Of a DNA stretch of 64,000 nucleotides, positions 18,420 to 28,394 are shown in pieces. Below the pieces are notes generated by a model. That model was not told the origin of the DNA. It saw only the letters and a list, made by a program, of their open reading frames with translations, and ran no database searches. Both the position numbers and the translations under genes were made by a program. The first letter of the stretch is position 1; each line of letters begins with the position of its first letter. This DNA is from an uncultured Collinsella sp. (GTDB taxonomy: Bacteria; Actinomycetota; Coriobacteriia; Coriobacteriales; Coriobacteriaceae), in contig CAJKTW010000002.1 in NCBI GenBank assembly GCA_905202925.1, positions 73,294 through 137,293 of the forward strand, read 5' to 3'.

Positions 18420-19259
18420 GTGATTGATTCGGAACAGCTTAAGCAAAATGTGGTCAAGGCCGTGGAAGAGATTCGCGCCACCAATCCGATGGCCGGCTCC
18501 ATCACCAACACGGTGACGATCGACTTTGTCGCCAACGCGCAGCTCGCCGTGGGCGGTTCGGCCGCCATGGTCTATCTGCCCGACGAGGGCGAGGCGCTCG
18601 TTGCCGGCGGCGGCGCCATCTATCTCAACATGGGCACGCTCTTCCCCATCTACGAGCAAACGATTCCCCGCGCGGCCAAGGCGGCACACGACGCCGGCAA
18701 GCCCTGGGTGCTCGATCCGGTGGGCCTGGGTATCGGTAGCCTGCGCACCCAGCTGGTAAACGAGCTCAAGCAGTACAAGCCCGCCATCGTGCGCGGCAAC
18801 GCCTCCGAGATCATCGCACTCGCCGGCCTGTGGGGTCTTGAGGGCGAGGCGGCTGATCTGAGCCGCGTACGCGGTGTCGATACCACCGACACGGTCGACG
18901 CCGCCCGTGATGCCGCCGTGGCGCTCGCCCGCTACACTGGCGGCGCTGTGGTGGTCTCGGGCGAAGTCGACCTGATTACCGACGGCACGACCGTAGCCAA
19001 ATCCCACGGCGGCAGCCCGCTCATGTCAAAGATTACCGGCTGCGGTTGCTCGCAGGGCGGCGTGCTAGCCGTGTACGCCTGCGCTGCCGATCCGTTTACG
19101 GCAGCCGTCTGCGGCACCGCCGTCTACAACGTAGCCGGCACGCGTGCCGCCGCTGTCGCCGATGCCCCGGCAAGCTTTAAGGTCGCCTTTATCGACGAGC
19201 TCTACCGCGCAACCGCCCAAGACATCGCCGACAACCGACTCGAGCTCGAGGAGGCATAA
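18420..19259 (+). CDS. thiM: Hydroxyethylthiazole kinase ThiM
   Basis: GTG start 8 nt after AAGGAGG. ThiM family sequence throughout. The track start 18306 runs through the riboswitch. Confidence 0.8.
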   Translation: MIDSEQLKQNVVKAVEEIRATNPMAGSITNTVTIDFVANAQLAVGGSAAMVYLPDEGEALVAGGGAIYLNMGTLFPIYEQTIPRAAKAAHDAGKPWVLDPVGLGIGSLRTQLVNELKQYKPAIVRGNASEIIALAGLWGLEGEAADLSRVRGVDTTDTVDAARDAAVALARYTGGAVVVSGEVDLITDGTTVAKSHGGSPLMSKITGCGCSQGGVLAVYACAADPFTAAVCGTAVYNVAGTRAAAVADAPASFKVAFIDELYRATAQDIADNRLELEEA

Positions 19260-19262
19260 GCC

Positions 19263-19604
19263 ATGTCCGAACCCGCAACCAACGCCGGCATGAACACGCT
19301 CGTCGCCGTGGCCATCGCCCCGTGCGGCACCGGCGATGAACTGTCCGCCGAAGTTGCCGAGGTCGTGCGCGTCATTCGCGAGAGCGGCCTTCCCAACCGC
19401 ACCACCTCGATGTTCACCGAGATCGAGGGCGACTGGGACGAGGTCATGCAGGTCGTGCGCGACGCAACCTTTGTGTTGGCGAGCAAAGGTATCCGTACCG
19501 AAGTCGTGCTCAAAGCCGATATTCGCCCCGGTTTTACCGATACCATGACCGGCAAACTCGAGCGCATGGAAGCTCAGATCAAAAAGCAGGAGGAAGCACG
19601 ATGA
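19263..19604 (+). CDS. MTH1187/YkoF-family thiamine-binding protein
   Basis: About 110 aa; LVAVAIAPCGTGDELSAEVAEV...SMFTEIEGDWDEVMQV pattern. Sits between thiM and thiE with overlapping stop/start codons. Confidence 0.7.
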   Translation: MSEPATNAGMNTLVAVAIAPCGTGDELSAEVAEVVRVIRESGLPNRTTSMFTEIEGDWDEVMQVVRDATFVLASKGIRTEVVLKADIRPGFTDTMTGKLERMEAQIKKQEEAR

Positions 19605-20296
19605 GCATCCGCGACAACCTTGATATCTCTGCCTATCTGGTACTCGGCCCCGAAAACACCCTCGGACGCCCCGTGGGCGATGTGGTGGCCCAGGCACTCG
19701 ACGCCGGCTTTACCTGCATCCAAGTGCGCTCCAAGGTGGCAAGCGCCCGCGAGATCATCGCACTGACGGGCGATGCCGCGCAGGCCATCGCCCAGGCCGG
19801 CAAAACCGGGCAGGTCGCGCTGCTGATCGACGACCGCCTTGACTGCGTACTTGCCGCACGCGAGCAGGGCATCGCCGTCGACGGCGTGCACGTGGGCCAG
19901 AGCGATATCCCCGTCGAGGTCTGCCGCAAGCTGCTGGGTCCCGATGCCATCGTGGGCCTTTCCGCCCGCTGCGAGGAGATGCTCGAGTACGTCAAGACCG
20001 CCGATATGAGCCTGGTCGATTACCTGGGCGTGGGCCCGCTTCACGAGACCGAGACCAAGCGCGACTGCGGACGCGCGGCAGATGGCTCCATCATCACCAA
20101 GAGCTTTGAGGACCTGGCTGCCCTCCATGCAGCAAGCCCCGTGCCCATCGTGGTGGGCGGCGGCGTCAAAACGGCCGATCTGCCGCAGCTCAAGACTACC
20201 GGCGTCGACGGCTTCTTTGTGGTGAGCGCCGTCTGCAGTGCCGACGACCCCTACGCCGCAGCCAAGGAGCTCGTCGATACCTGGCAGCAGACATAA
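19601..20296 (+). CDS. thiE: Thiamine-phosphate synthase ThiE
   Basis: ThiE family; ATGA overlap with the upstream gene. Confidence 0.85.
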   Translation: MSIRDNLDISAYLVLGPENTLGRPVGDVVAQALDAGFTCIQVRSKVASAREIIALTGDAAQAIAQAGKTGQVALLIDDRLDCVLAAREQGIAVDGVHVGQSDIPVEVCRKLLGPDAIVGLSARCEEMLEYVKTADMSLVDYLGVGPLHETETKRDCGRAADGSIITKSFEDLAALHAASPVPIVVGGGVKTADLPQLKTTGVDGFFVVSAVCSADDPYAAAKELVDTWQQT

Positions 20297-20322
20297 GCCT
20301 AGACCGAGCAGTTGCTCCGCAG

Positions 20323-20450
20323 TCCCATATCTTCAATAGCGGAAAGCGCATCCCAGTTTGGACATCCATTCTGGTATGCGCTTTCCGCATAGAGGACCAG
20401 CGGGAAACCGCATCCCAGTCTGAACGCTGATTACGGGATGCAGTTTCCGG
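20323..20450. terminator. Two tandem related hairpins (GCGGAAAGCGCATCCCAG...CTGGTATGCGCTTTCCGC and GCGGGAAACCGCATCCC...GGGATGCAGTTTCCGGC) between convergent thiE and patatin genes
   Basis: Two 17 to 18 bp stems of similar sequence, read directly. Confidence 0.55.
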
Positions 20451-20458
20451 CGTAGTCC

Positions 20459-21328
20459 CTACCCCGCCAGATACGCTTCCAGCGCGGGCAACGTCGCCTC
20501 CGCATCGTGACGGCCGATTCTGTAGATGCGCTCGAGCTCATCGGGCTCGCGACACAGCGACGGCACCTTCACCGATTCGCTCGGCCGCACCACAAAGATC
20601 TCGCCGGCAGCCTCGCGACGTGCCAGGTCATCGAGCGTGGCATTGTAGACCTCATGCCGATGCTCAAGCGCTGCGACAAACTCCGGATAGTGACGGAACA
20701 CGCGACGCAGCATGGGCATCACGCTGTTGGGCTGCTTCACAAAGCCCGCCGGCTGCGTGAGCACCACGATATTGCGGTCATACCCCTGCGCAAACAGCCA
20801 TGCACTGGGAATAGAATCGGCCACGCCACCATCCAGATACTTATGCCCGTCAATAGCAACGGGACGCGTCGCCACGGGAATCGCCGACGATGCCCGGATC
20901 CACTCGATATCCCGCTCGTCGCCATAGGGCAGGTCGTGGTAGACGGCCTTGCCCGTCTCGATATCGGTACACACGCACGTAAACCGCATGGGGCAGGCGC
21001 GATACGCCTCCAGATCGATGGGATCGCGCTCGATGGGTACCTCATGATAGGCAAACTCGGCATTGAACATATCGCCGGTTCGCAACCAGCTCGTCACGCT
21101 CGCATAGCGCTTGTCGGCGCAATAGGCCTTGTTGTAGCGAATGGCGCGGCCGATCTGGCGCGATTTAAAGTTGTAGCCAAACGCCGCGCCCGCCGAGACA
21201 CCCACCATATGGCCGCAGGTTAAGCCGTGCTCCATCCATACGTCGAGCACGCCCGCCGTATACATACCGCGGTAGCCGCCTCCCTCGAGCGCGAGCCCCA
21301 CCGTGCGCGTCGTATCTGGCTGCGTCAT
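20459..21328 (-). CDS. Patatin-like phospholipase
   Basis: GGGYRG oxyanion motif, GVSAG (GxSxG) and a DGG/A catalytic dyad region. Confidence 0.8.
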   Translation of the reverse strand: MTQPDTTRTVGLALEGGGYRGMYTAGVLDVWMEHGLTCGHMVGVSAGAAFGYNFKSRQIGRAIRYNKAYCADKRYASVTSWLRTGDMFNAEFAYHEVPIERDPIDLEAYRACPMRFTCVCTDIETGKAVYHDLPYGDERDIEWIRASSAIPVATRPVAIDGHKYLDGGVADSIPSAWLFAQGYDRNIVVLTQPAGFVKQPNSVMPMLRRVFRHYPEFVAALEHRHEVYNATLDDLARREAAGEIFVVRPSESVKVPSLCREPDELERIYRIGRHDAEATLPALEAYLAG

Positions 21329-21652
21329 GCGATCATCCCCGTTTCTGCGTTTTTAAACGGGACAAGTATACCCGTCAACATATATCGTCTCAGTCGCATT
21401 TTCATCGAACATCGCATCGTCGTGTTACCGCTTGGCAAATAATTGTCACCCATAGTATGGGCACCCCTATATAATTTTGTACTGTTGTTTATACTACTCA
21501 GCAGTTATCAACAGCGAACATTAGCCGGCAAAGTAACCCAACAACGCAGCAAGGCGGAGGCCTGGATACACGCAATACGCTGAGCAACGACGCGTGTACA
21601 CAACGAGCTCGCCCGACGCAATCCGCCCCGACCTCAGAAAGCCGCTTAGAAC

Positions 21653-24370
21653 ATGGATACTGTCAGCAATTACACCGAAACGCTCGAAAAGACCATCCGT
21701 GACCTTCTCGAGCGTCAGGATGATCTGATTAGGACCGCCTTTACCGACCAGCTTACCGGACTTGGCAACCGCGGCGGCTTTGCCCGTTCCCTCGAGGAGC
21801 TCTGGGAGCAGGACATCCCCGTTACCATGGCGTTCATCGATATCGACAATCTCAAGCACTGCAACGACGTCTTTGGGCATGACGAGGGCAACCGCTACAT
21901 CTTGCAGGTAAGCCTTTATCTCAAACTGTATATGAAAGTGGACGAGGCGGCGTTTCGCATAGGCGGCGACGAGTTTGCCATCCTATCTACAATTGCGACC
22001 GAGGACGACCTCGCCGAACGTCTGGAACACTGCCGAACGGTCCTGCTCAAGAACAACGATTCCGAGATGCCTCATTCGTTTAGCTACGGAGTGGCACACG
22101 CCGACCCCGCCCTGGGCGAAGCCTCCAATCGCATGACACTCGATGCCGACCATCGCATGTACGACTACAAGCTGCGCCATGCCATGCACCTTGATCGACG
22201 CAATATCGTGCAAGTCCACGCCGACGACTTCGAAATAAGCGACCGCGTTTTCGATGCCTTTTCGATGCTCAACGAAGGCCGTTATTGCTTTATCGAGAAC
22301 TTGGACAAGCATCGCACCCTTTGGTCACAAGGCGCCTTGCGCGATCTCGGTCTTCCTTCCGAGCATATCGACAACTGCCACGATTACTGGAAAACGCGTG
22401 TCCATCCCGATGACCTTGAGGCCTATACCAGCGATATCGACCAAATCTACAACGGCTCCAAACACCGCCGCGTCATGCAGTACCGCATGCGCAATGCCGC
22501 GGGCGACTACGTCCTTTGCCGCGCTCGCGGGTTTCGTATCGACGGCGACGGAAATACCCCCTCGCTCTATGTCGGCGAGCTCGTCAACCATTCGCTTGCC
22601 GAAACCGTCGACGCCGCTACGGGCCTCGGAACGCAGCGTATGCTGATCAACGCTATCGATGCTTGCCGTCGCGACCGTTGCGAGACGGGGCTTATAGCGG
22701 TCCGCGTTCGCGGCACGGCAAAGCTCAACGAGCTCTATGGGGCCGAGGCTGTCGACAACATGCTCGCCGAATACGCAGGCCGCATGTTGTCGATCACCCG
22801 CGGCAGGAGTCGCGTCTTCCGCTCACGAAACGCCCAGTTCGTCGTGCTTAGCAACGAGTTGGGCCACGAGGCATTCGAGCAACTGACCCATCATCTTAAA
22901 GAAGCCGTTTTCGCTCCTGTTCAAATCGCGGGCGATACCATTACCCCCGTCTGCCTCGTCGTTCCGGCCTTTTATGAGCGCTTAATCAATCAAGCGACCG
23001 CCGTTTTAGGCGAGCTCGACCGTCGTCTTCGTGCGGCCGGCGGGCTTGTTCCCAACGACAGCCTCCCCATACCTGAGATTGAGCGCAAAAGCGCCGTCGC
23101 CGAACGCATCGATACGCTCACGGGCCTCTATCGACCCAGCGAGTTTATGCGGCGTGCCAACGCATTTCTGAGGACAGGGCGCGACGGCGCTTGGTGTATC
23201 ACTACCGTCGACATGGGACACATGCGGCTGTTCAACGAATGGCACGGACAGGCCGAGGGCGACCGCATGCTCGCCGATGTGGGCACGGTCCTCAAGGACA
23301 TCGAGAATGCCGACATGGGCGTCGCAGGGTACTGGGGCCAAGATGACTTTTGCGTACTCATCCCCTTTGAGCACGACACCGTCCATAAAATCTATAACCG
23401 CGTTCGCGAGGCCGTGGCCAAGCATGATAACGGCGTAGGTTTCTGGCCGTCCATGGGTGTCTACCCCATCGACTCCAACGAGGAAATCACCATCGATGCA
23501 CAGGCCAAGGCCATGTTTACCAATCGGCGCGCGAAAAACGACTTTAAGGATCGCATTGCCGTCTTTCGCCCCGAGGAATACAAGCGCGAGGTTGCGTTTC
23601 ACCGCACCCTCACCGAGTTCCAGTATGCGCTCTCAAACGACCGCATCACCTACTACCTGCAGCCACTGGTTGATATGGAAACCGGCGAGATCATTGGCGC
23701 CGAGGCGCTCACACGCTGGATCGACAAAGATGGATCGTTAATTCCGCCCGCGTCCTTTATCCCGGCGCTCGAGGAAAGCGGCTTTGTGGTGACGCTCGAC
23801 AAGTACATTTGGCAGGGTGTCGCCTCGTGGCTGCGCAAGCGCATCGACCAGGGGCTTCGCGTAATTCCGATTTCCCTTAACGTGTCGCGTGTCGACATCC
23901 TCGCCTGCGATGTCGCCAAACACATGAGCGCACTGGCTGCTCAGTACGACCTGCCGCCCGAGCTCATGCGCATCGAAATCACCGAAACCGCCTATACCGG
24001 AGAATCCGAGGCGGTGGACAAGCTGACGGCAGACCTGCATAATCAGGGCTTTTCGACCTATATGGACGACTTTGGCACCGGCCAGTCCACGCTCGCAATG
24101 CTCAAGAACGTCAACGTCGATGTTATCAAGCTCGACCGCACCTTTTTGCCTGATGGGAAAACCGACAACCGGAGCTCCCAGATCGTGTCGTCTATGCTCG
24201 AGATGGCGCAATCGTTGCACCTGCCCGTTGTGGTCGAAGGCATCGAGACAAATGAGCAGGCACAGCTGCTGCGCCAGATGGGCGCCCGCTACGCTCAGGG
24301 CTTCCTCTACCACTGCCCCATGCCGGCGAAGGATTTTGAGGCATTGCTCGATGGTGGCGACAACAACTAA
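21653..24370 (+). CDS. Multidomain c-di-GMP signalling protein: N-terminal GGDEF (RIGGDEF), PAS-like, two degenerate GGDEF-like domains, and a C-terminal EAL phosphodiesterase
   Basis: GNRGGF...FIDIDNLKHCNDVFGHDEGNRYI...RIGGDEFAIL. The EAL domain has EALTRW, DDFGTG and KLDRTF motifs. Confidence 0.8.
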   Translation: MDTVSNYTETLEKTIRDLLERQDDLIRTAFTDQLTGLGNRGGFARSLEELWEQDIPVTMAFIDIDNLKHCNDVFGHDEGNRYILQVSLYLKLYMKVDEAAFRIGGDEFAILSTIATEDDLAERLEHCRTVLLKNNDSEMPHSFSYGVAHADPALGEASNRMTLDADHRMYDYKLRHAMHLDRRNIVQVHADDFEISDRVFDAFSMLNEGRYCFIENLDKHRTLWSQGALRDLGLPSEHIDNCHDYWKTRVHPDDLEAYTSDIDQIYNGSKHRRVMQYRMRNAAGDYVLCRARGFRIDGDGNTPSLYVGELVNHSLAETVDAATGLGTQRMLINAIDACRRDRCETGLIAVRVRGTAKLNELYGAEAVDNMLAEYAGRMLSITRGRSRVFRSRNAQFVVLSNELGHEAFEQLTHHLKEAVFAPVQIAGDTITPVCLVVPAFYERLINQATAVLGELDRRLRAAGGLVPNDSLPIPEIERKSAVAERIDTLTGLYRPSEFMRRANAFLRTGRDGAWCITTVDMGHMRLFNEWHGQAEGDRMLADVGTVLKDIENADMGVAGYWGQDDFCVLIPFEHDTVHKIYNRVREAVAKHDNGVGFWPSMGVYPIDSNEEITIDAQAKAMFTNRRAKNDFKDRIAVFRPEEYKREVAFHRTLTEFQYALSNDRITYYLQPLVDMETGEIIGAEALTRWIDKDGSLIPPASFIPALEESGFVVTLDKYIWQGVASWLRKRIDQGLRVIPISLNVSRVDILACDVAKHMSALAAQYDLPPELMRIEITETAYTGESEAVDKLTADLHNQGFSTYMDDFGTGQSTLAMLKNVNVDVIKLDRTFLPDGKTDNRSSQIVSSMLEMAQSLHLPVVVEGIETNEQAQLLRQMGARYAQGFLYHCPMPAKDFEALLDGGDNN

Positions 24371-24495
24371 TACGCTCGCACACAAACGCCACCGCCGAAG
24401 AGGACGTTTGTTCCCATGAGCTAACTAATACCCCAATCTAAACCGAATTGGGAGTAAGATACAAACCATTGTTCCATCCAAGGAGGTCATCCATC

Positions 24496-26025
24496 ATGAA
24501 CGAGTCGTATCGCCTGGGCGAGCAATCAATCATCGCTCATCTTCAGCGACTTGCGAACGGGGCCTCAACCACCGAGCTCGATGTTGCCGCGCTGCCCCCG
24601 GAGTTGCGTGCCATCGGTGAGCAACTGCAGAAAACGCTCGCCATCCTGCAACAAGAACGCGAGCTGCTTGAGCACGGCGCTTATATCGACTCGCTCACCA
24701 ATCTTGGCAACCGTGGCGGACTCGACCGCCATGTCGATCAGCTCTGGCGCAAAGGCACCCCCTTCACCTGCGCCTATATCGATATCGACCGCCTTAAGCA
24801 TTGCAACGATAAGTTTGGCCACGCCGAGGGCAATCGCTATATTCTGGGCATCTGTCGTGCGCTCACCGAGGCAATGGAGCACGATGAAATGCTGTTCCGT
24901 ATCGGTGGAGATGAATTTGTACTCGTGTCCCCCACGACAGGTGAAGCCGAGCTCGAGCAGCGCTTGGAGCGGACACGCACCGATCTTGTCGAGGCAACAT
25001 CGGACGGCAAGGCGCCCATGATCGCCAGTTTTAGTTTTGGTTGTTCGCACGTCGACCCGCTTGCAGGCGATACGCGTCGCCAGATGACGATGGATGCCGA
25101 TCGCAAAATGTATCGCTACAAGCTCATGCACCGCGTGCAGCAGCCGAAAGAAGACAACGCGCCGATGCGGCCGATTGCCGATCAACTTCCTTGCAACGAC
25201 CGCGTGTTCCAGGCGATCTCCATGAGCTCCGAGACGCGCTATCCGTTTATCCTTAACCTCGATACCGGCGAATCGCAATGGTCGATTAATGCCGTGCGCG
25301 ATTTCGACCTACCCTCCCAGCATCCCTACAACTCACTCGATATGTGGCTTGCTCGCGTCCACCCCGAGGACCGCGACAACGTACGCGCCGAGCTCGACAT
25401 GGTGATAAACGGCACATGGCACTTCCACTACATGCAGTACCGCGTTATGGATGCTACCGGAGCGTACGCGCTTTGCGACTGCACGGGCTACCGCTTGGAC
25501 GGCACCGATACCGAGCCTAACATGTACGTGGGCATTATCATCAACCGAAGCCTGGCAGATACGACCGATTCCGTGACCGGCCTGGGCGATATTCACGCCC
25601 TGGTCAACGCCATTGGCGAAATGCGTCGCGTGGCGCGCAAGGCGAGCATGGTCGCCATTAAAATCGACGATATCGCTCAGGTCAATGCCCGCTTTGGCTT
25701 TGATGCAGGCGATCGCGTTTTGGCGGAGAGCGCCGCCTGCCTCATGGATTGTTCGCGCGGCAAGGGTCGTCTGTTCCGTTCGACGGGACCGATGTTCGTG
25801 GCGCTTTTCGACGAATTCGATCCCGAAGAGATCGACGCGATCGCAGAGGAAATCGAGCGGTTCCTGGGCTCTCCCGTGCTCATCGGCTCGCTTGAATATC
25901 AGCCTCCCATTCGCGTGGCCACGCTCCATCTAGACGCTGTCGATCGACAGCCCGTCTCCATTTTGAACGAGCTCAAAGCGTTGCTCGGGAAAGCCGTGCA
26001 GGTGTCAGGTACCAAACTGGATTAG
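24496..26025 (+). CDS. GGDEF-domain protein (diguanylate cyclase, RIGGDEF) with PAS-like and degenerate GGDEF-like C-terminal region; paralog of the N-terminal two-thirds of the upstream gene
   Basis: Start MNESYRL at 24496 after AAGGAGG. Colinear similarity to residues about 1..520 of the 21653 gene. Confidence 0.8.
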   Translation: MNESYRLGEQSIIAHLQRLANGASTTELDVAALPPELRAIGEQLQKTLAILQQERELLEHGAYIDSLTNLGNRGGLDRHVDQLWRKGTPFTCAYIDIDRLKHCNDKFGHAEGNRYILGICRALTEAMEHDEMLFRIGGDEFVLVSPTTGEAELEQRLERTRTDLVEATSDGKAPMIASFSFGCSHVDPLAGDTRRQMTMDADRKMYRYKLMHRVQQPKEDNAPMRPIADQLPCNDRVFQAISMSSETRYPFILNLDTGESQWSINAVRDFDLPSQHPYNSLDMWLARVHPEDRDNVRAELDMVINGTWHFHYMQYRVMDATGAYALCDCTGYRLDGTDTEPNMYVGIIINRSLADTTDSVTGLGDIHALVNAIGEMRRVARKASMVAIKIDDIAQVNARFGFDAGDRVLAESAACLMDCSRGKGRLFRSTGPMFVALFDEFDPEEIDAIAEEIERFLGSPVLIGSLEYQPPIRVATLHLDAVDRQPVSILNELKALLGKAVQVSGTKLD

Positions 26026-26096
26026 CACCGCGCCCGCACCGCCTCCCCCATCGTGCGATAATCCTCTGCAGAAGTCACCAACAGCAGAGGGAGTTT

Positions 26097-26723
26097 GTGA
26101 TGAAGGTTCTTTTGGTCAATGGCAGCCCCAAGGCAAACGGCAACACCGCCCGCGCACTCGCCGAGATTGCCGAGCAACTTAAGACCGAGGGCATTGAGAC
26201 CGAGGTGTTTCAGCTGGGCGCCAAGCCTATTCGCGATTGCATCGGGTGCGGTCAGTGCGGCAAACTCGATTGCCGTTGCACCTTTGACGACGACGTGGTC
26301 AACGAGCTGATTGCCGCCGCCGAGCAGGCCGACGGCTTTGTCTTTGGCTCACCCGTCTACTACGCGCATCCCAGCGGCCGCATCCTCGCGGCCCTCGACC
26401 GCGCCTTCTATGCTGGCAGCAAGGCCTTTGCTCACAAGCCGGGCGCCGCGGTCGCCGTTGCCCGCCGCGGCGGCACGTCGACCACCTTCGATGTACTCAA
26501 TAAATACTTCACCATCAACCAGATGCCCGTGGTCGCCTCCACGTACTGGAACAACGTCTTTGGTGCCATGCCGGGCGAGGCCGCCCAGGACGCCGAGGGC
26601 CTTGCTACCATGCGAAACATCGGCAAAAACATGGCCTGGTTGCTGCGTTGCATCGAGGCGGGAAAAGCCGCCGGCATCGAAGCCCCCCAGGCCGATCGCG
26701 AGCGCACCAACTTTATCAGGTAG
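26097..26723 (+). CDS. Flavodoxin-family NAD(P)H-dependent FMN reductase-like protein with a Cys-rich insert (iron-sulfur flavoprotein-like)
   Basis: MKVLLVNGSPKANGNT, then DCIGCGQCGKLDCRC cluster, then GSPVYY. Confidence 0.7.
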   Translation: MMKVLLVNGSPKANGNTARALAEIAEQLKTEGIETEVFQLGAKPIRDCIGCGQCGKLDCRCTFDDDVVNELIAAAEQADGFVFGSPVYYAHPSGRILAALDRAFYAGSKAFAHKPGAAVAVARRGGTSTTFDVLNKYFTINQMPVVASTYWNNVFGAMPGEAAQDAEGLATMRNIGKNMAWLLRCIEAGKAAGIEAPQADRERTNFIR

Positions 26724-26734
26724 AACGGCGGAAC

Positions 26735-27076
26735 ATGAATATCCAGATTTTTGGCACCAAAAAATCCTTCGATACCAAGAAAGCCCAGCGCTATTTTAAG
26801 GAGCGCCGCATTAAGGTGCAGTTTATTGACCTTAAGGAAAAGGAGATGAGCAAGGGCGAACTCACGAGCGTGATGCAGGCGGTCGGCGGCATCGATAAGC
26901 TGCTCAACCCCAAGGCCAAGGACGAGGAAACGCTCGCACTCATCCAGCACCTCACCCCCAGCCAGCGCTTCGACAAGCTGCTCGAGAACCAGCAGGTTCT
27001 GGCCGAGCCCATCGTGCGCAACGGCAAAAAGGCCACCGTCGGTTATTGCCCCGATGTATGGGGAGCCTGGGAGTAG
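26735..27076 (+). CDS. ArsC/Spx/YffB-family protein (thioredoxin-like), catalytic Cys replaced by Ser
   Basis: MNIQIFGTKKSFDTKKAQRYFKE aligns with YffB MITIYGIKNCDTVKKA; the codon is tcc (Ser). Confidence 0.6.
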   Translation: MNIQIFGTKKSFDTKKAQRYFKERRIKVQFIDLKEKEMSKGELTSVMQAVGGIDKLLNPKAKDEETLALIQHLTPSQRFDKLLENQQVLAEPIVRNGKKATVGYCPDVWGAWE

Positions 27077-27162
27077 CCTGTGTTATTTGCCGGCGCGTGG
27101 GTATAAGAGCAGGCGTTTGGCATAAGATTCAACTGTAAGCCATGTCTAACAAAGGAGGGCAT

Positions 27163-28293
27163 ATGCCCAACAAACCCGTGAAGATCATCATGCTTACCGG
27201 ATACCTCGGTGCCGGCAAGACCACGCTGCTCAACCACATCCTCGCTAACGACGGCGGCATCCGCGCCGCCGTGATCGTCAACGATATCGGCGAGATCAAC
27301 GTCGACGCCAGCCTTATCGCCGACGGCGGCCTTTCCGAGACCGACGACCTTATCCCGCTCACCAACGGCTGCATCTGCTGCACGCTTTCGGACGACCTTG
27401 CCAACCAGCTGCAGGGCATCGCCGATTCGGGCGACTTCGATTACATCATCATCGAGGCTTCGGGCATTTGTGAGCCTATCCCCATCGCCTACACCATCTC
27501 GAGCTTCTGCGACGAGGCCAAGGTGGGCGGCGAGCCCAAGCTCGCGCTCGACAACATCGTGGCCGTGGTCGACTGCGCCCGCATGTATGACGAGTTCAAC
27601 GGCGGTCGCGACCTGCTGGCCGAGGATATCGACGAGGACGACATCGAAAGCCTGCTCATCCAGCAGATCGAGTTCTGCTCCACGCTGATCCTCAACAAGA
27701 CCGACACCGTGAGCCCCGAGCAGATTGCCGAGCTCAAGGCCATCGTGCGCAGCCTGCAGAAGGACGCCGTGATCGTCGAGGCCCAAAACGGCGAGGTCCC
27801 CATGGAGGAACTGCTCGATACCGACCGCTTCGACTTTATGCGCGCCTACAACTCCGCCGCCTGGATCGAGGCTATGGAGCATCCCGAGGAGCACGACGAC
27901 CCCGAGGTGCTCGAGTACGACATCGAGACCTTTGTGTACTCGCGCCGCAAGCCGTTTGACCTGCAGAAGTTCACCGATTTTGTTGAGCAGGAGTGGCCCG
28001 ACGAGGTCATCCGCGTCAAGGGTCCGCTGTGGCAGGCCAGCAATCCGGACATGTGCTACATGTTTGAGCAGGCCGGCCACCAGATGCGCCTGATGGAGAA
28101 CGGCCTGTTTGTCGATTCCGCACCCGAGGGCGAAAAGCAGAAGATCATCGACGAAAACCCCGAGATCATGCAGATTTGGGACGACGAGACGGGCGACCGC
28201 ATGACGAGCCTGTGCATCATCGGCCGTCACATGGACAAGGATGCGCTCATCGCCTCCCTCGATGCCTGCCTGACCGACTGGCACCGCGCCTAG
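27163..28293 (+). CDS. COG0523 CobW/ZigA/YciC-family zinc-metallochaperone GTPase
   Basis: GYLGAGKTTLL P-loop and GCICC metal-binding motif; C-terminal CobW_C region. Confidence 0.8.
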   Translation: MPNKPVKIIMLTGYLGAGKTTLLNHILANDGGIRAAVIVNDIGEINVDASLIADGGLSETDDLIPLTNGCICCTLSDDLANQLQGIADSGDFDYIIIEASGICEPIPIAYTISSFCDEAKVGGEPKLALDNIVAVVDCARMYDEFNGGRDLLAEDIDEDDIESLLIQQIEFCSTLILNKTDTVSPEQIAELKAIVRSLQKDAVIVEAQNGEVPMEELLDTDRFDFMRAYNSAAWIEAMEHPEEHDDPEVLEYDIETFVYSRRKPFDLQKFTDFVEQEWPDEVIRVKGPLWQASNPDMCYMFEQAGHQMRLMENGLFVDSAPEGEKQKIIDENPEIMQIWDDETGDRMTSLCIIGRHMDKDALIASLDACLTDWHRA

Positions 28294-28330
28294 GTTTATC
28301 CAAGCGGGCATTTTTCCGCCTACGTAATCG

Positions 28331-28377
28331 CCAAACCACCACGAAGGTGCCTGTCCCCTTCGTGGTGGTTTTTCATT
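28331..28377 (+). terminator. Rho-independent terminator
   Basis: AAACCACCACGAAGGtgcctgtccCCTTCGTGGTGGTTTTTC. Confidence 0.75.
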
Positions 28378-28394
28378 CTGAGCCAAGGAGATTC

